A DNA stretch of 64,000 nucleotides. It comes from an uncultured Solirubrobacterales bacterium (lineage in GTDB: Bacteria > Actinomycetota > Thermoleophilia > Solirubrobacterales > Solirubrobacteraceae). Numbering within the stretch: the stretch's first letter is position 1; each line of letters opens with the position of its first letter. Shown here in pieces: positions 1-9,550 of the stretch. Made by a program: the position numbers and the translations under genes. The notes under the pieces were generated by a model. The model saw only the letters and a program-made list of their open reading frames with translations, had not been told where the DNA came from and did not search any database. The stretch lies in the NCBI GenBank assembly GCA_963813745.1, contig CAWEZW010000006.1:39707-103706 (forward strand). The letters run 5' to 3'.

Positions 1-277
1 CCGTCGGTTCCTCGTCCACCGCCATCTTCAGCGTGAGCACGAGCTCGGGCACACGCTGGAGCTCGTCGATGAACGCCCGTTCGCCGAGCGCCGCCGTAAA
101 GCCCTGCGGATCGTCGATCGCGCCGCGGCGAGTGTTCGCGTCGTCGAGCGTCACGATCCGCATGCCCCGCTCGGAGGCGAGCTTCGTACAGAGCGTCGAC
201 TTGCCCGCCTGCCGTGGACCTTCGACAGCCACGATGCGCGTGTCCGCGAGCGCCTCGATCGACGCGTGCTGCGGCAT
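1..277 (-). CDS. AAA+ ATPase (AAA_14/DUF4143-type), N-terminal part, runs off the window edge
   Basis: Manual minus-strand translation: IEALADTRIVAVEGPRQAGKSTL (Walker A)...AFIDELQRVPEL (Walker B). Start uncertain. Confidence 0.8.
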   Translation of the reverse strand, partial: MPQHASIEALADTRIVAVEGPRQAGKSTLCTKLASERGMRIVTLDDANTRRGAIDDPQGFTAALGERAFIDELQRVPELVLTLKMAVDEEPT

Positions 278-295
278 GCCGGGGGATCTCCTGCG

Positions 296-380
296 CGGAC
301 AAAGTACGACTATCGTAGCGGACAATCCGGAATACGACTACGGACAATCCGGAATACTATTGGGGGAGGTCCGGAACTAT
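296..380. repeat. Imperfect ~22-bp-period tandem repeats upstream of the AAA ATPase
   Basis: CGGACAATCCGGAATAC exact at 319-335 and 341-357; partial copies at 296-312 and 370-380. Confidence 0.75.
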
Positions 381-440
381 CCCCTGGTGAAGGCTCAATA
401 GCAGCGCAGTCGCAAAAGCATCGGCGTCGAGATGCGCGGT

Positions 441-1015
441 GCTGAACTGGGCAGGCTCTGCGGACACTCAGAACGAATCTAGCGACGACTCCGGCGGGTC
501 ATATTTCGAGCCCCAGCGGATTGCCTAACGATGTCCGTCACCGGCGCGGGACTGGCCGGGTTGCGCAGGGTGCTTCGGGGTGCGATTATGTATGTTGGTG
601 CGGGTGACTGACCGAGCGAAGCGCAGGCGTCAGGGGCTTGTGGCCTGCCGCGCGGCTTTGCCCTTCGAGGGCCTTTGAGATGCGCGCCCCAGTGTCGCGC
701 CCGCACCTCTACTCTTTCCCTTCACCTGGCACGGGAGCGGTCGCTATCTGGCGGCGGTGAGCTCCGGCTCGGCCGCGACGATCTCCGGAGGCTGTGCCAG
801 CTGATCGTAGGCCGCCCGCAGCACGGACGTGATCGCGTCGGCGCTCTCCTGACTCAACGCCTCGTCCGCGCGCAGGAAGCTTCGGATCGACTCGAGCGTC
901 TGTGAGCGACTGTCGGGCCCCACGACCTCCCCACGCGCGTAGGTCTCAAGCGGCACCCCAAGCCACCCCGACAGCGACAGCAGCGAGGTGCGCGACGACG
1001 CTGAACTGGGCAGGC
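441..1015. repeat. 16-bp direct repeat GCTGAACTGGGCAGGC at 441-456 and 1000-1015
   Basis: Exact match; both copies are also preceded by GAG(A/G)TGCGCG. Confidence 0.75.
744..985 (-). pseudogene. C-terminal fragment of an XRE-type HTH regulator
   Basis: SLLSLSGWLGVPLETY...TLESIRSFLRADEALSQESADAITSVLRAAYDQL resembles the last HTH helix plus C-terminal domain of actinobacterial XRE proteins; no N-terminal half before the repeat at 1000. Confidence 0.45.
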
Positions 1016-1027
1016 GCTCGTCCTCTG

Positions 1028-1816
1028 TCAACCCCTCGGCGCCGCGGCGATCCGATCGAGCAGTTCCGCAAGCGGGCCCGGCAGAGAGAACATCGCCCAA
1101 TGCCCGGTCGGCAGCTCGTGGAGCTCCCACGAGGGATCGGCGAAGGCGTCGGCACGCGGGTCGTGCTGCGCGATCAGCTCGCGCAGGAGCGCAAGGCTCA
1201 TCCCACCCTCGGCGCAGAAGATCGCTGCCCGCCGCAGCCCCGCGGGCGCTGCGCCCGACAGGCGCAGCGGCGTTGTGAAGGTCGCGTATGGCTGTGGCGT
1301 CGCCCGCGCGGCGATCAGCTCGAAGTCAGCGGGCTCCAGGCCGCTCGCACTTCCGTAGGCCCCAGAGACGAGGATGTCGCGGTCTGGGACGGGCCACAGC
1401 CAGCCATCGCCCTCCTGGTCGGTCTCCCGACGCTGGCGCTCGCGCTGCTCGGTGCTCTGCACGTCGACGATCGCCATCCCGTCGGGCAGCGGTCCGGTGT
1501 CGAGGTAGACAACGGCTTGCAGTCGCTCGGACCGCCGGTCGGCGACAGCAGTGACGACGACCCCCGCATAGCTGTGGCCGACGAGGATCGCGTCGCTGAG
1601 ATCCTCGTAGTCGAGCAGGTTGACGACATCGGCGATGTGCGTCTCCAAATCGACATCCCTGCTTGCGAGGTGCACGCGCTCACCGAGGCCGGTGAGCGTG
1701 ACCGGGTAGACCTCGTGCCCGAGTGTGCGGAGGCTGGCGGCTACCTCCCGCCACGCCCAGCCACCGAGGCAGGCGCCGGGGACGAGGACGATCGGGCTCC
1801 GTGGTTCGTGCTCCAT
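1028..1816 (-). CDS. Alpha/beta hydrolase (methylesterase-like)
   Basis: VLVPGACLGGWAW, GHSYAG nucleophile motif, TGHWAM catalytic His; ATG at 1816 overlaps the upstream TGA. Confidence 0.9.
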   Translation of the reverse strand: MEHEPRSPIVLVPGACLGGWAWREVAASLRTLGHEVYPVTLTGLGERVHLASRDVDLETHIADVVNLLDYEDLSDAILVGHSYAGVVVTAVADRRSERLQAVVYLDTGPLPDGMAIVDVQSTEQRERQRRETDQEGDGWLWPVPDRDILVSGAYGSASGLEPADFELIAARATPQPYATFTTPLRLSGAAPAGLRRAAIFCAEGGMSLALLRELIAQHDPRADAFADPSWELHELPTGHWAMFSLPGPLAELLDRIAAAPRG

Positions 1817-2186
1817 CAGGCGCCCTGCCCACACTCATCGTCGTGCTCTGTCTGCTCACCCGCCGCGAGCCAGCGCAGCACCGCCGCACGCGCAAACCTC
1901 CACTCTTGGCCTACCTGTCGCCCGGGCAGATCACCCGCTCGCGCGAGGACTCCACGGCCTTCACCGGGAGACGCAACAGCTGCGCCACCTCCTCGAGCGT
2001 GAGCACCTCTTCTGTGAAGGCGCCGGGATTCTCCTCGAGGTTGATCCGCCCGACCTCGAGTCGATCCGCGATCAGCTCGCTGACGAGATGCTGCTTGTGC
2101 TGGCCCGTCGTGTCAGCCAACCGATCGAGCGCGGCGGCCTGACTGCGCGGAAGCCTGACAAACAGCGGAACACGATCCTGCATCAT
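1816..2186 (-). CDS. DNA-binding protein, RHH-like N-terminus plus excisionase-type HTH_17 (one frameshift near 1950)
   Basis: PLFVRLPRSQAAALDRLA...KQHLVSELI, then EVLTLEEVAQLLRL, continuing in another frame as GDLPGRQVGQEWRFARAAVLRWL to TGA at 1816-1818. Confidence 0.75.
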
Positions 2187-2194
2187 GGACCAAT

Positions 2195-2222
2195 GATAGC
2201 AAATGCTATCCCGAGATATCTC
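2195..2222. promoter_or_regulatory. Two palindromic operators upstream of the RHH-HTH gene
   Basis: GATAGC-AAAT-GCTATC (2195-2210) and perfect palindrome GAGATATCTC (2213-2222). Confidence 0.6.
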
Positions 2223-2277
2223 TTATGAAAGTGTCGTGATCTGTCAGCGACCGGCCGCCGGCACTCTCATTGGCCCA

Positions 2278-3303
2278 TCAGCCCGCGACCGGCGCTCCCG
2301 CCCGCCGCGCCAGAATCTCCGCCAGACGCGCGCGATGGCGCCCCGCGCCACCGAGCAGCACTGCGTCGATCTGCGCGCGCTTGAACAGCCAGTGCACGTC
2401 CGCCTCCCACGTGAAGCCGATGCCACCGTGCGCCTGGATCGCGCTCGCGGTCACTTCGCGTCCGGCATCCGACGCGGCCGCCTTGGCTATCGCCGCCGCC
2501 TCCGCCAGACCGTCGGGATCGGCGTCGGCGCTCCACGCGGCGAACGCCGTCGTCGAGCGCGCCTTCTCGGTGTCGAGCAGCATCTGCGCGCAGCGGTGCG
2601 AGACCGCCTGGTAGGCGCCGACGGGCACTCCGAACTGCTTGCGCTCCTTGACGTACGCCAGCGTCATCTCCAGCGCTCGCTCCGATACGCCCACGAGCTC
2701 CGAGCTGACCGCCACGAGCGCGTGGCCCAGGCCTGGGCAGCCGCCCTCGAGCGCATCGCCGGCACCCTCGTCGGCGCTCACGCGCGCCGCCGAGCGCGTC
2801 GGGTCGATCGCAGCGATCTGGCTCACCTCGGCATCCTCCGGCGTCAGCAGCCGACCGCTGCCGTCGTCTTCGACCAGCACGATCACATCCGCCTCAGCGC
2901 CGCCCACAACCAGCTCTGCGATCCCGTCGACCGCGCCCGCCAGCGCGCCGATCGCCTCGCCTGAGGCGAGGCCTCCCAGCCAGCGTTCGCGCTGCTCGGG
3001 CGAGCCTGCCTGCTCGATCACGCACGCCGCCATCGCGCTTGGAAGAAACGGCACCGGCGCGAGAACGCGCCCCAGCTCCTCGCACAGGATCGACAGCTCG
3101 ATCGTGCCGAGCCCTTGACCACCGTTCTCCTCGGAGATCGCGATCCCCGGCCAGCCGAGCTCGCACAGCTCTTTCCAAAGAGCCTTATCTGTAGTGCCCG
3201 CCTCCGCGTGCTCGCGCACCCGCTCCGGCTTCGCGCGCTCGCCCAGCATCTCGCGCGCCGTGCGCTGAATCTCGCGCTGGTCGTCCGTCAGTCCGAAGTC
3301 CAT
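2278..3303 (-). CDS. Acyl-CoA dehydrogenase (shorter partner of a tandem pair)
   Basis: MDFGLTDDQREI start, ERKQFGVPVGAYQAV, QAHGGIGFTWE. Confidence 0.92.
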   Translation of the reverse strand: MDFGLTDDQREIQRTAREMLGERAKPERVREHAEAGTTDKALWKELCELGWPGIAISEENGGQGLGTIELSILCEELGRVLAPVPFLPSAMAACVIEQAGSPEQRERWLGGLASGEAIGALAGAVDGIAELVVGGAEADVIVLVEDDGSGRLLTPEDAEVSQIAAIDPTRSAARVSADEGAGDALEGGCPGLGHALVAVSSELVGVSERALEMTLAYVKERKQFGVPVGAYQAVSHRCAQMLLDTEKARSTTAFAAWSADADPDGLAEAAAIAKAAASDAGREVTASAIQAHGGIGFTWEADVHWLFKRAQIDAVLLGGAGRHRARLAEILARRAGAPVAG

Positions 3304-4457
3304 CTACGCGGCCACCTTCAGGCGCGGCAGCCCGAGCACGCGCTCGGCGACGATGTTCTTCAGCACCTCGGTGGTGCCTCCCTCGATCGTGTTGCCACGC
3401 GCGCGCAAAAGCTCGTAGCTCCAGCTCGTGCCGGTGATCAGCGCCTCTGGGCCGATCACGTCGACCGCCAGCTGCGTCACACGCTGGTTGGTGTCCGACC
3501 ACAGCCACTTCACCAGTGAGCCCTCAGGGCCAGGCTGGCCGTAGCGCTCGGCGTCTGTCAGGCCCTTCCACGCGAGTAGCCGGATCGACTCGCAGCGCAC
3601 GTGCAGCTCAGCGATCGTGTCCGCGTACAGAGGATTCTCGAGCAGACCCTTCTCGGCGGCCGCCGCGATGATGTCGTCGAGCAGCTGGCGCAGGCGGATC
3701 TGCAGCGCGAAGCCCAGGCCCGCACGCTCATTCATCAGCGTCGTCAGCGCGACCTTCCAGCCGTTGCCAACGCCGCCCACGATGTTCGAGTCCGGGATCC
3801 GCGCCTCCTGAATGAACAGCTCGTTGAACTCCGCCTCACCCGTGATCTGGCGCAGCGGGCGAATCTGCACGGCATCCTGCTCCATATCCATCAGGAAGTA
3901 CGTAAGGCCCTTGTGCTTGGCCACCTCGCTGTCGGTGCGCGCCACGAGCATGCACCACTTCGAGTACTGCGCACCGCTCGTCCACACCTTCTGACCGGTC
4001 ACGACCCATTCGTCGCCGTCCTTCACCGCTCTCGTTTTCAGCGCCGCGAGGTCCGAGCCCGCGTCCGGCTCGGAGAAGCCCTGGCACCAGATCTCCTCCG
4101 CCGAGAGGATCGGCGGCAGGTGGCGCTCCTTCTGCTCCGGCGTGCCCCATACCATCAGCGTCGGACCACCCAGCAACAGCCCGAGCGTGTTGGCCGCGAA
4201 CGGCACGCGCGCACGACCGAGCTCTTCGAAGTAGATCGCCGACTCACTCTGCGACGCGCCGCGCCCGCCGTACTCCGTCGGCCACGCCGGCGCCGCCCAG
4301 CCCGCGTCATACAGACGCCGCTGCCAGTCGCGCCGGTAGGCGAACTGCGCGTCATCGCCCGCGTCCGCCGCGGGCTTGGCCCCGGGCTGGTTCTCCGCCA
4401 GCCAGCCGCGCAGCTCGTCGCGGAAGGCGGTCTCCTCTCGCTGAACGTCAGGTCCAC
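3304..4457 (-). CDS. Acyl-CoA dehydrogenase (frameshift near 4435)
   Basis: WCQGFSEPDAGSDLA, GQKVWTS, TIEGGTTEV; GTG start VDLTFS at 4457 with GGAGG RBS. Confidence 0.9.
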
Positions 4458-4554
4458 CGGGCTCCTCCCCACTTCGGGTGATACCAGGACGATAGCTCCT
4501 ACTCGGCGATGCGCTCGCAAAGCGTCAGCTCGCGCCGTAGGGCATGATGGATGA

Positions 4555-5196
4555 ATGCCGACTCCCCCCTCCGTGCGCAGCGTCAAAATCGGTGCTGACG
4601 AGCGCGGCGGGTGGACCACCGAACGTCCACGCCGTGAGGGCGACGGGCCGCCGCGGCCGGTCGATGTCTCGGCGCGCTGTCGCGTACTCACTCCGTCGGA
4701 CCGTATGCGCTACTCGCCGGGCAGCCTTTTGTTGATTGTCTCCCCCAACGTTGCCGAGTCAGAGCGCTTTGCCGAGCGAGTCGTGGAGGAGCGTGGCGCC
4801 GTGCTTTCGCTTGCGAAGGTGCGAACCTTGTTGGCGGGACGAGTCGCTGGGGATGAGATCGAGGTGCGGGCGCGTGAGCTGCTCGACGCCGCTGTCGTCA
4901 AGCGCCTCAGTGACCGGCAGACGGTCATCCTCACGCTCGAGGGCCTAGACGCTGAGGAGCGCGAGCGCTACGTGCGGCTCGCCCACGGGCTCAAACGCCC
5001 GCGACACCTGATTCTGCTCGAGGTCCCGCGCGAGCAGGTGCCCGACGATGAGCGCACCACGCTCAACGAGCTGCGCCGGGCACTCGACTCCGGTGAGGTC
5101 GGGCAAGAGGGTTTCCAGACCGCGCTGCGTCTCGGCGGCGGCGCGACGGCCGAGCTGAAGCGCATCGTCTTCCAGCCGCCGCCGCGCGAAGACTGA
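4555..5196 (+). CDS. Hypothetical protein with degenerate P-loop kinase (AAA_33-like) fold
   Basis: 213-aa ORF with typical codon usage; SLLLIVSPNVAESERFA aligns to a P-loop strand but lacks GKS/T. Confidence 0.6.
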   Translation: MPTPPSVRSVKIGADERGGWTTERPRREGDGPPRPVDVSARCRVLTPSDRMRYSPGSLLLIVSPNVAESERFAERVVEERGAVLSLAKVRTLLAGRVAGDEIEVRARELLDAAVVKRLSDRQTVILTLEGLDAEERERYVRLAHGLKRPRHLILLEVPREQVPDDERTTLNELRRALDSGEVGQEGFQTALRLGGGATAELKRIVFQPPPRED

Positions 5197-5247
5197 CGCC
5201 GCCGCACAACGCTCCATCGGCCGCGTTGCGGGGAGTAGGCTGTCTTT

Positions 5248-6354
5248 TCAGCGGGTAGCCGTGGACAGCGAGCGCCCTGCGAATGTGAGCATGCTCGCCA
5301 GATGCGCTTCGATCGTTTCGAGATTGTGTTCGCCAGGGTAGACGGCGCTCCTGGCGTCCGCGCCGGCGACCCGCAGCGCCGCCGCGAACGGCGCGTCCTC
5401 ATCGGGGTTTGCGATGTGATCCTCTTCGCCGCCGTAGATGAAGGCGTGCAGGCCGAGCCTTGTCAAGATCGGCCGGTCGGCGCGCAGATCGCCTTCGAGC
5501 CCGTTGAAGAAGCTCAGCCAGCTCTCCACCACCCCGAAGCGGTATGGGTTGGCGAGCTCGACGTTCATCGCGCCGTAGCCGCCCATCGAGTCGCCCACGA
5601 TCGCACGAGCGTTGCGAACGGACAAGGTCGGCAGCGTCCGGTCGACAAGCTGCTGAACTTCGAGAATGTAGCTTTCGTAACGTGCGGCCCCCTGGTTGCG
5701 CCAGTTGTTCGATCCGGGGCCACCCTGGATCATCACGGCGATCATGGGTGGAATCACGTGGTGTGAGATCAGCTGATCGAGCTGGCTCTGCAGGCCGATC
5801 TGCAGGAACGCCGTGTTCGACTGATCGTTGCCGGTCAGCAGATACAGCACGGGGTAGTGGCTGGTGGTGGTGGCGTAGCCGGGCGGCAGGTAGGTCAGGA
5901 ACGACCCTTCTTCGCCGTGCAATGCCACCGAGGGATAGCTCGCCGCCTCAATCGAGCTGCCAGCGGCGTCTTTGCTCACTCCTCTGAGCGCGAGCAGGGG
6001 TTGTGTTGGCGTACTCGAACCGATGGTCGTCGCCTGGAGTGCGGTCGATCCTGCCGTACGAACCCCGATCAGATGCTTCACGGTCAGCTGCCCGTTCAGA
6101 GCCAGCGCGGTGCAGACCGCCGCGATCGCGCAAAGCAGCGCGCCCGTGATCAGCCTCTGCGCCCGCGCGCGTCCGGGGTGGCGCACGCCCGGCATCGCCG
6201 GGCCGGCGGTCGCTGCTTCCAGGCGTGGTGGAAACGTCGGCACCCAGGCCGGAGGCAGCGCTTCCACGGCTTCCGCGCGCATGCCCGGCCAGCTCCACTC
6301 GCCGAGGCTCTCCAGCCATAGGTGTGCTCGCGACGTGCTCATTCCCGCAGACAT
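5248..6354 (-). CDS. Membrane-anchored alpha/beta hydrolase (putative esterase, Fes/antigen 85-like)
   Basis: TM segment, YLPPGY...YPVLYLL, GDSMGG, PGEH. Confidence 0.85.
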   Translation of the reverse strand: MSAGMSTSRAHLWLESLGEWSWPGMRAEAVEALPPAWVPTFPPRLEAATAGPAMPGVRHPGRARAQRLITGALLCAIAAVCTALALNGQLTVKHLIGVRTAGSTALQATTIGSSTPTQPLLALRGVSKDAAGSSIEAASYPSVALHGEEGSFLTYLPPGYATTTSHYPVLYLLTGNDQSNTAFLQIGLQSQLDQLISHHVIPPMIAVMIQGGPGSNNWRNQGAARYESYILEVQQLVDRTLPTLSVRNARAIVGDSMGGYGAMNVELANPYRFGVVESWLSFFNGLEGDLRADRPILTRLGLHAFIYGGEEDHIANPDEDAPFAAALRVAGADARSAVYPGEHNLETIEAHLASMLTFAGRSLSTATR

Positions 6355-6522
6355 TCGGCAGATTCAAGGCGCCGCGACAGCGAAAGCCAACCCCTGCATG
6401 AACGATCCCATGCAATTCGCACGGCGTAGCACCGGCGCGCGGCCCTGTCGGCGGCCATTAAGACCTTCCGGACAGCGGCGTCCCGATCGGCGCCGCCGCC
6501 CTTTCAAGCCGGGAGCCCTCGA

Positions 6523-7218
6523 TCAGCGCGTGCTCCACACCTCACCCACGCCGCCGAACCCGAGCGCCTGCTTGGTCGCTTCGGTCAGATCGAATTCGCG
6601 CCCAGCGACGTACGGCCCGCGGTCGATCACCGCGACGTGTACCGAGCGCCCGTCGTAGCGCAGCGTCACCTCGGTGCCACAAGGCAGCGTCTTGTTGGCC
6701 ACGCCCATCGTCGCGCTGGTCAGCTCGCCGCCGCAAGCCAGCTCGCCGCCGCCGCCATACCACGAGGCCTCAGCCAGGCGATAGACATTCAGGCGACCCA
6801 GCCGCCGGTGTGCGCTGAGGTCTTCGGCGTCGCCCGCGAACCGCAGCCGCACCTGCTCGCTCGTGGTCTGGAGCGGCACGTAGCGCAGTCGAAAGCGCCC
6901 TCTTGCGCCAGTGCGCGTGTGGGCCAGGGTCCTCCAGCCGTGGCTCGAGAGCGCCTGCAGCAACACCTCTCGCCCAGGCAGTCCCGCCGCGTGCAGAGCG
7001 GCCGATTGGGCGGCGGAGGCAATCGGGACACCGCCGCCGGAAGCGACGGTCAGCTTGCCGGTGACGCTCGTCGTGTGGCCCTCGAGCACATTCAACGCGG
7101 TGCGGGTCACGCTCAGCGATGTATGCGCCGGTACCTGGAGCGGTGGTGTTGTGCTCGCCGATATCTCGATCGGAGCAAGGGCGCCGGCAGGCTGCGCGAG
7201 AGTCGCGGGGACGTACAT
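6523..7218 (-). CDS. RlpA-like double-psi beta-barrel (lytic transglycosylase-type) protein
   Basis: ASWYG...ACG...VANKTLPCGT...VIDRGPYVAGREFDLT; AAGGAGG RBS before ATG 7218. Confidence 0.85.
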   Translation of the reverse strand: MYVPATLAQPAGALAPIEISASTTPPLQVPAHTSLSVTRTALNVLEGHTTSVTGKLTVASGGGVPIASAAQSAALHAAGLPGREVLLQALSSHGWRTLAHTRTGARGRFRLRYVPLQTTSEQVRLRFAGDAEDLSAHRRLGRLNVYRLAEASWYGGGGELACGGELTSATMGVANKTLPCGTEVTLRYDGRSVHVAVIDRGPYVAGREFDLTEATKQALGFGGVGEVWSTR

Positions 7219-7241
7219 TGTGTTGGGAACCTCCTTGTTTC

Positions 7242-7414
7242 CGCCTACGGGGTTAGCTGTCGGGCTCACGCGCGGCCGGAGCACACGAACCAAACGCGCG
7301 CCAACCGGGCGTTACGGCCGTAGCAACGGCCGATTCGCCCCATCCGGGTCGCCTAATGCGACGACCTGGCAGTGGGTCCCCCGTTCGCCTCCATCCACGG
7401 AGACGACTCGGCAG
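7242..7414 (-). promoter_or_regulatory. c-di-AMP riboswitch (ydaO/yuaA)
   Basis: Minus strand reads GCCGAGTC...GAACGGGGGACCCA...TGGGGCGAATC...GAGCCCGACAGCTAACCCCGTAGGC, matching ydaO consensus blocks; upstream of a cell-wall enzyme as usual in Actinobacteria. Confidence 0.92.
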
Positions 7415-7416
7415 GG

Positions 7417-7432
7417 TCGAACAATTGTTCGT
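7417..7432. promoter_or_regulatory. LexA/SOS box
   Basis: TCGAAC-AATT-GTTCGT versus actinobacterial TCGAAC-N4-GTTCGA; adjacent to the minus-strand -10 TAAGCT (7438-7433). Confidence 0.65.
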
Positions 7433-7460
7433 AGCTTAAGGGCTCTTTGCAGGGGTTATC

Positions 7461-7476
7461 TGTGACGACCATCACA
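7461..7476. promoter_or_regulatory. CRP/GlxR box
   Basis: Perfect TGTGA-CGACCA-TCACA. Confidence 0.75.
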
Positions 7477-7551
7477 CTTGCGCTCGCCCGGCAACGAGCC
7501 AAACCCTCCCGACGTTGACGTGCGGCACCTGAGCCGCGACAATCAAACCGA

Positions 7552-9077
7552 ATGGCCAACCCCGACCGCCTGACCGCGCTGGACTCGACGTTCCTGCATC
7601 TCGAGGACCACTCGACCGCGCACATGCACGTTGCGTCGGTGATGGTCTTCAAGGGCGAGGCGCCCACGCCGCAGGAGCTGGTCGATCACGTGCTCAGCCG
7701 CCTGCACCTGGTGCCGCGCTACCGCCAGCGGCTGGCCTACGTGCCACTCGGCCAGGGCCGGCCGGTGTGGACCGACGACCCCCACTTCAACCCGCGCTAC
7801 CACATCCGTCACACGGCGCTGCCGCGACCGGCCGACGACGCCGCGCTGAAGCAGCTCGCCGGGCGCCTCTTCTCCCAGCGCCTGGACCGCTCCAAGCCGC
7901 TGTGGGAGATCTGGCTGGTGCAGCGCATGGCGGCGGGCGCTTCGCGCTGATCGCGAAGACCCACCATGCGCTGGTCGACGGGATCTCCGGCGTGGACATC
8001 ACGACCGTTCTGTTCGACACCGCTCCGGAGCCGGTCCCGACGTCGCGTCCCCGGTGCCCTGGACCGCTAAGCCGCTGCCGGGATCGGCGAAGCTGCTCGG
8101 CGAGGCGCTGCTCGAGCGCACGACGGTGCCCGCCGAGATGACCCGCGGCGCCCGTGCGCTGCTGCGCGCTCCGCGGCAGGGCGGTGTCACAGGTCAAGGA
8201 TGGCCTCGCGAGCATCGGCGCCACGACCCTCGCCGGCATCAACGCTCCCGCGCCGCCGAGCCCGTTCAACGTCGACATCGGCCCGCACCGGCGCTACACC
8301 TTCCTCGACGCCGATCTCGCCCAGTTCAAGGCGATCAAGGACGCGCTCGGTGGCACGCTCAACGATGTCGTGCTCGCCTCGGTCAGCCTCGCCCTCGGCC
8401 GCTACCTGCGGGCCAGGGCCACGACACCGAGGGCCTCGTGCTGAAGGCGATGGTGCCCGTCTCGGTGCGCACCGACTCTCAGCGCGGAGCGCTCGGCAAC
8501 CAGGTCGCCGCGATGTGGGCGCCGCTGCCGGTCGGCGTCGAGAATCCGGCGGACTGCCTGCGGCAGATCAGCGGCGCGATGGAGGACCTGAAGGAGTCCG
8601 GTCAGGCCGTGGGCGCGCAGGTGCTGACCAACCTCGCCGGGTTCGCGCCGCCCACGATCCTCAGCCAGGCGGCGCGCCTGCAGGCACGCCAGCGCTTCTT
8701 CAACCTCGTCGTCACGAACGTCCCCGGCCCGCAGTTCCCGCTCTACGTGCTCGGGCGGCGCCTGGGGGTCCTCTACCCGGTCGTGCCGCTCGCCCAGCGC
8801 CAGGCGCTCGGGATCGCCGTCATGAGCTACGACGGCCATCTCGGCTTCGGGCTGCTCGCCGACTACGACGCCCTGCCGGAGCTGGAGGCGATCGCGCGCG
8901 ATCTGAAGCTGGGCGATCGCCTCGCTGGCCCGCGCCGCCGGCGAGTGTCCGCGCGCAAGCCGCTCGAAAGCGCGCAAGCGCGAGCCACACCGTCGACGGC
9001 TCCCGCGCCAACGGCGCAAAACCGCCCCGCAAGGCCGGCTGGCAACGGCGCGCTCGACGCTCACCAAGTCACGCTAG
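7552..9077 (+). CDS. Wax ester synthase/diacylglycerol acyltransferase (several frameshifts; 3' end approximate)
   Basis: RLTALDSTFLHLE, HMHV, LDRSKPLWE, KTHHALVDG (HHxxxDG), FNLVVTNVPGP; promoter TTGACG-N17-GACAAT before a leaderless ATG. Confidence 0.9.
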
Positions 9078-9513
9078 GTCTTCCCCTTTGCCGTCATTCT
9101 CGCGCTCACGCGCTGCGAACTGCTCGTGCACATGCCAGTGCCAGCTGTTCGCGAAGCGTCGAGAACCTTGGATGGCTCTTCCTGGTCGCCATCGCCGATG
9201 ACACGGATCACAGCGGCGAACAGAGCCTCGACAACGATGCTCTTGGATGTTTGCCTGACTGCGACAGGTTGATCAGCGCGTATAGATCTCCAGGTTCTCT
9301 GAGCCCATCGAGCTTCTCCAGACCAACCTGGCCGGGCGATCCAAAACCTGGAGGACGGCCCGCCTCCGGCGTTACCTCGCTGGCCTCCGCGAGGGCGAGG
9401 ATCGCATCGCGGTCTCGCCGGCGGGACGTGCGTCGATCGCGGCGTCGCGCTCCTCCTCCGAGACGCGAAGCGAAGTCGCGCAGGAACTCCACCAGCCAGT
9501 CCTCTGCGGCCAT
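9074..9513 (-). CDS. Hypothetical protein (possibly frameshifted; stop at 9208 or 9074)
   Basis: ATG with GGGGAGG RBS, MAAEDWLVEFLRDF...; fills the gap between DGAT and nadE; no recognisable domain. Confidence 0.35.
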
Positions 9514-9550
9514 CAGGCACCACCTCCCTCGAGCTACATACGATCCTGCC

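Noticed and set aside
296-380. Mini CRISPR array
   Set aside because: Period of about 22 bp with spacers of about 5 bp, and no cas genes.
6395-6414. Inverted repeat TGCATG-N8-CATGCA upstream of the esterase
   Set aside because: Single short instance with no identifiable regulator.
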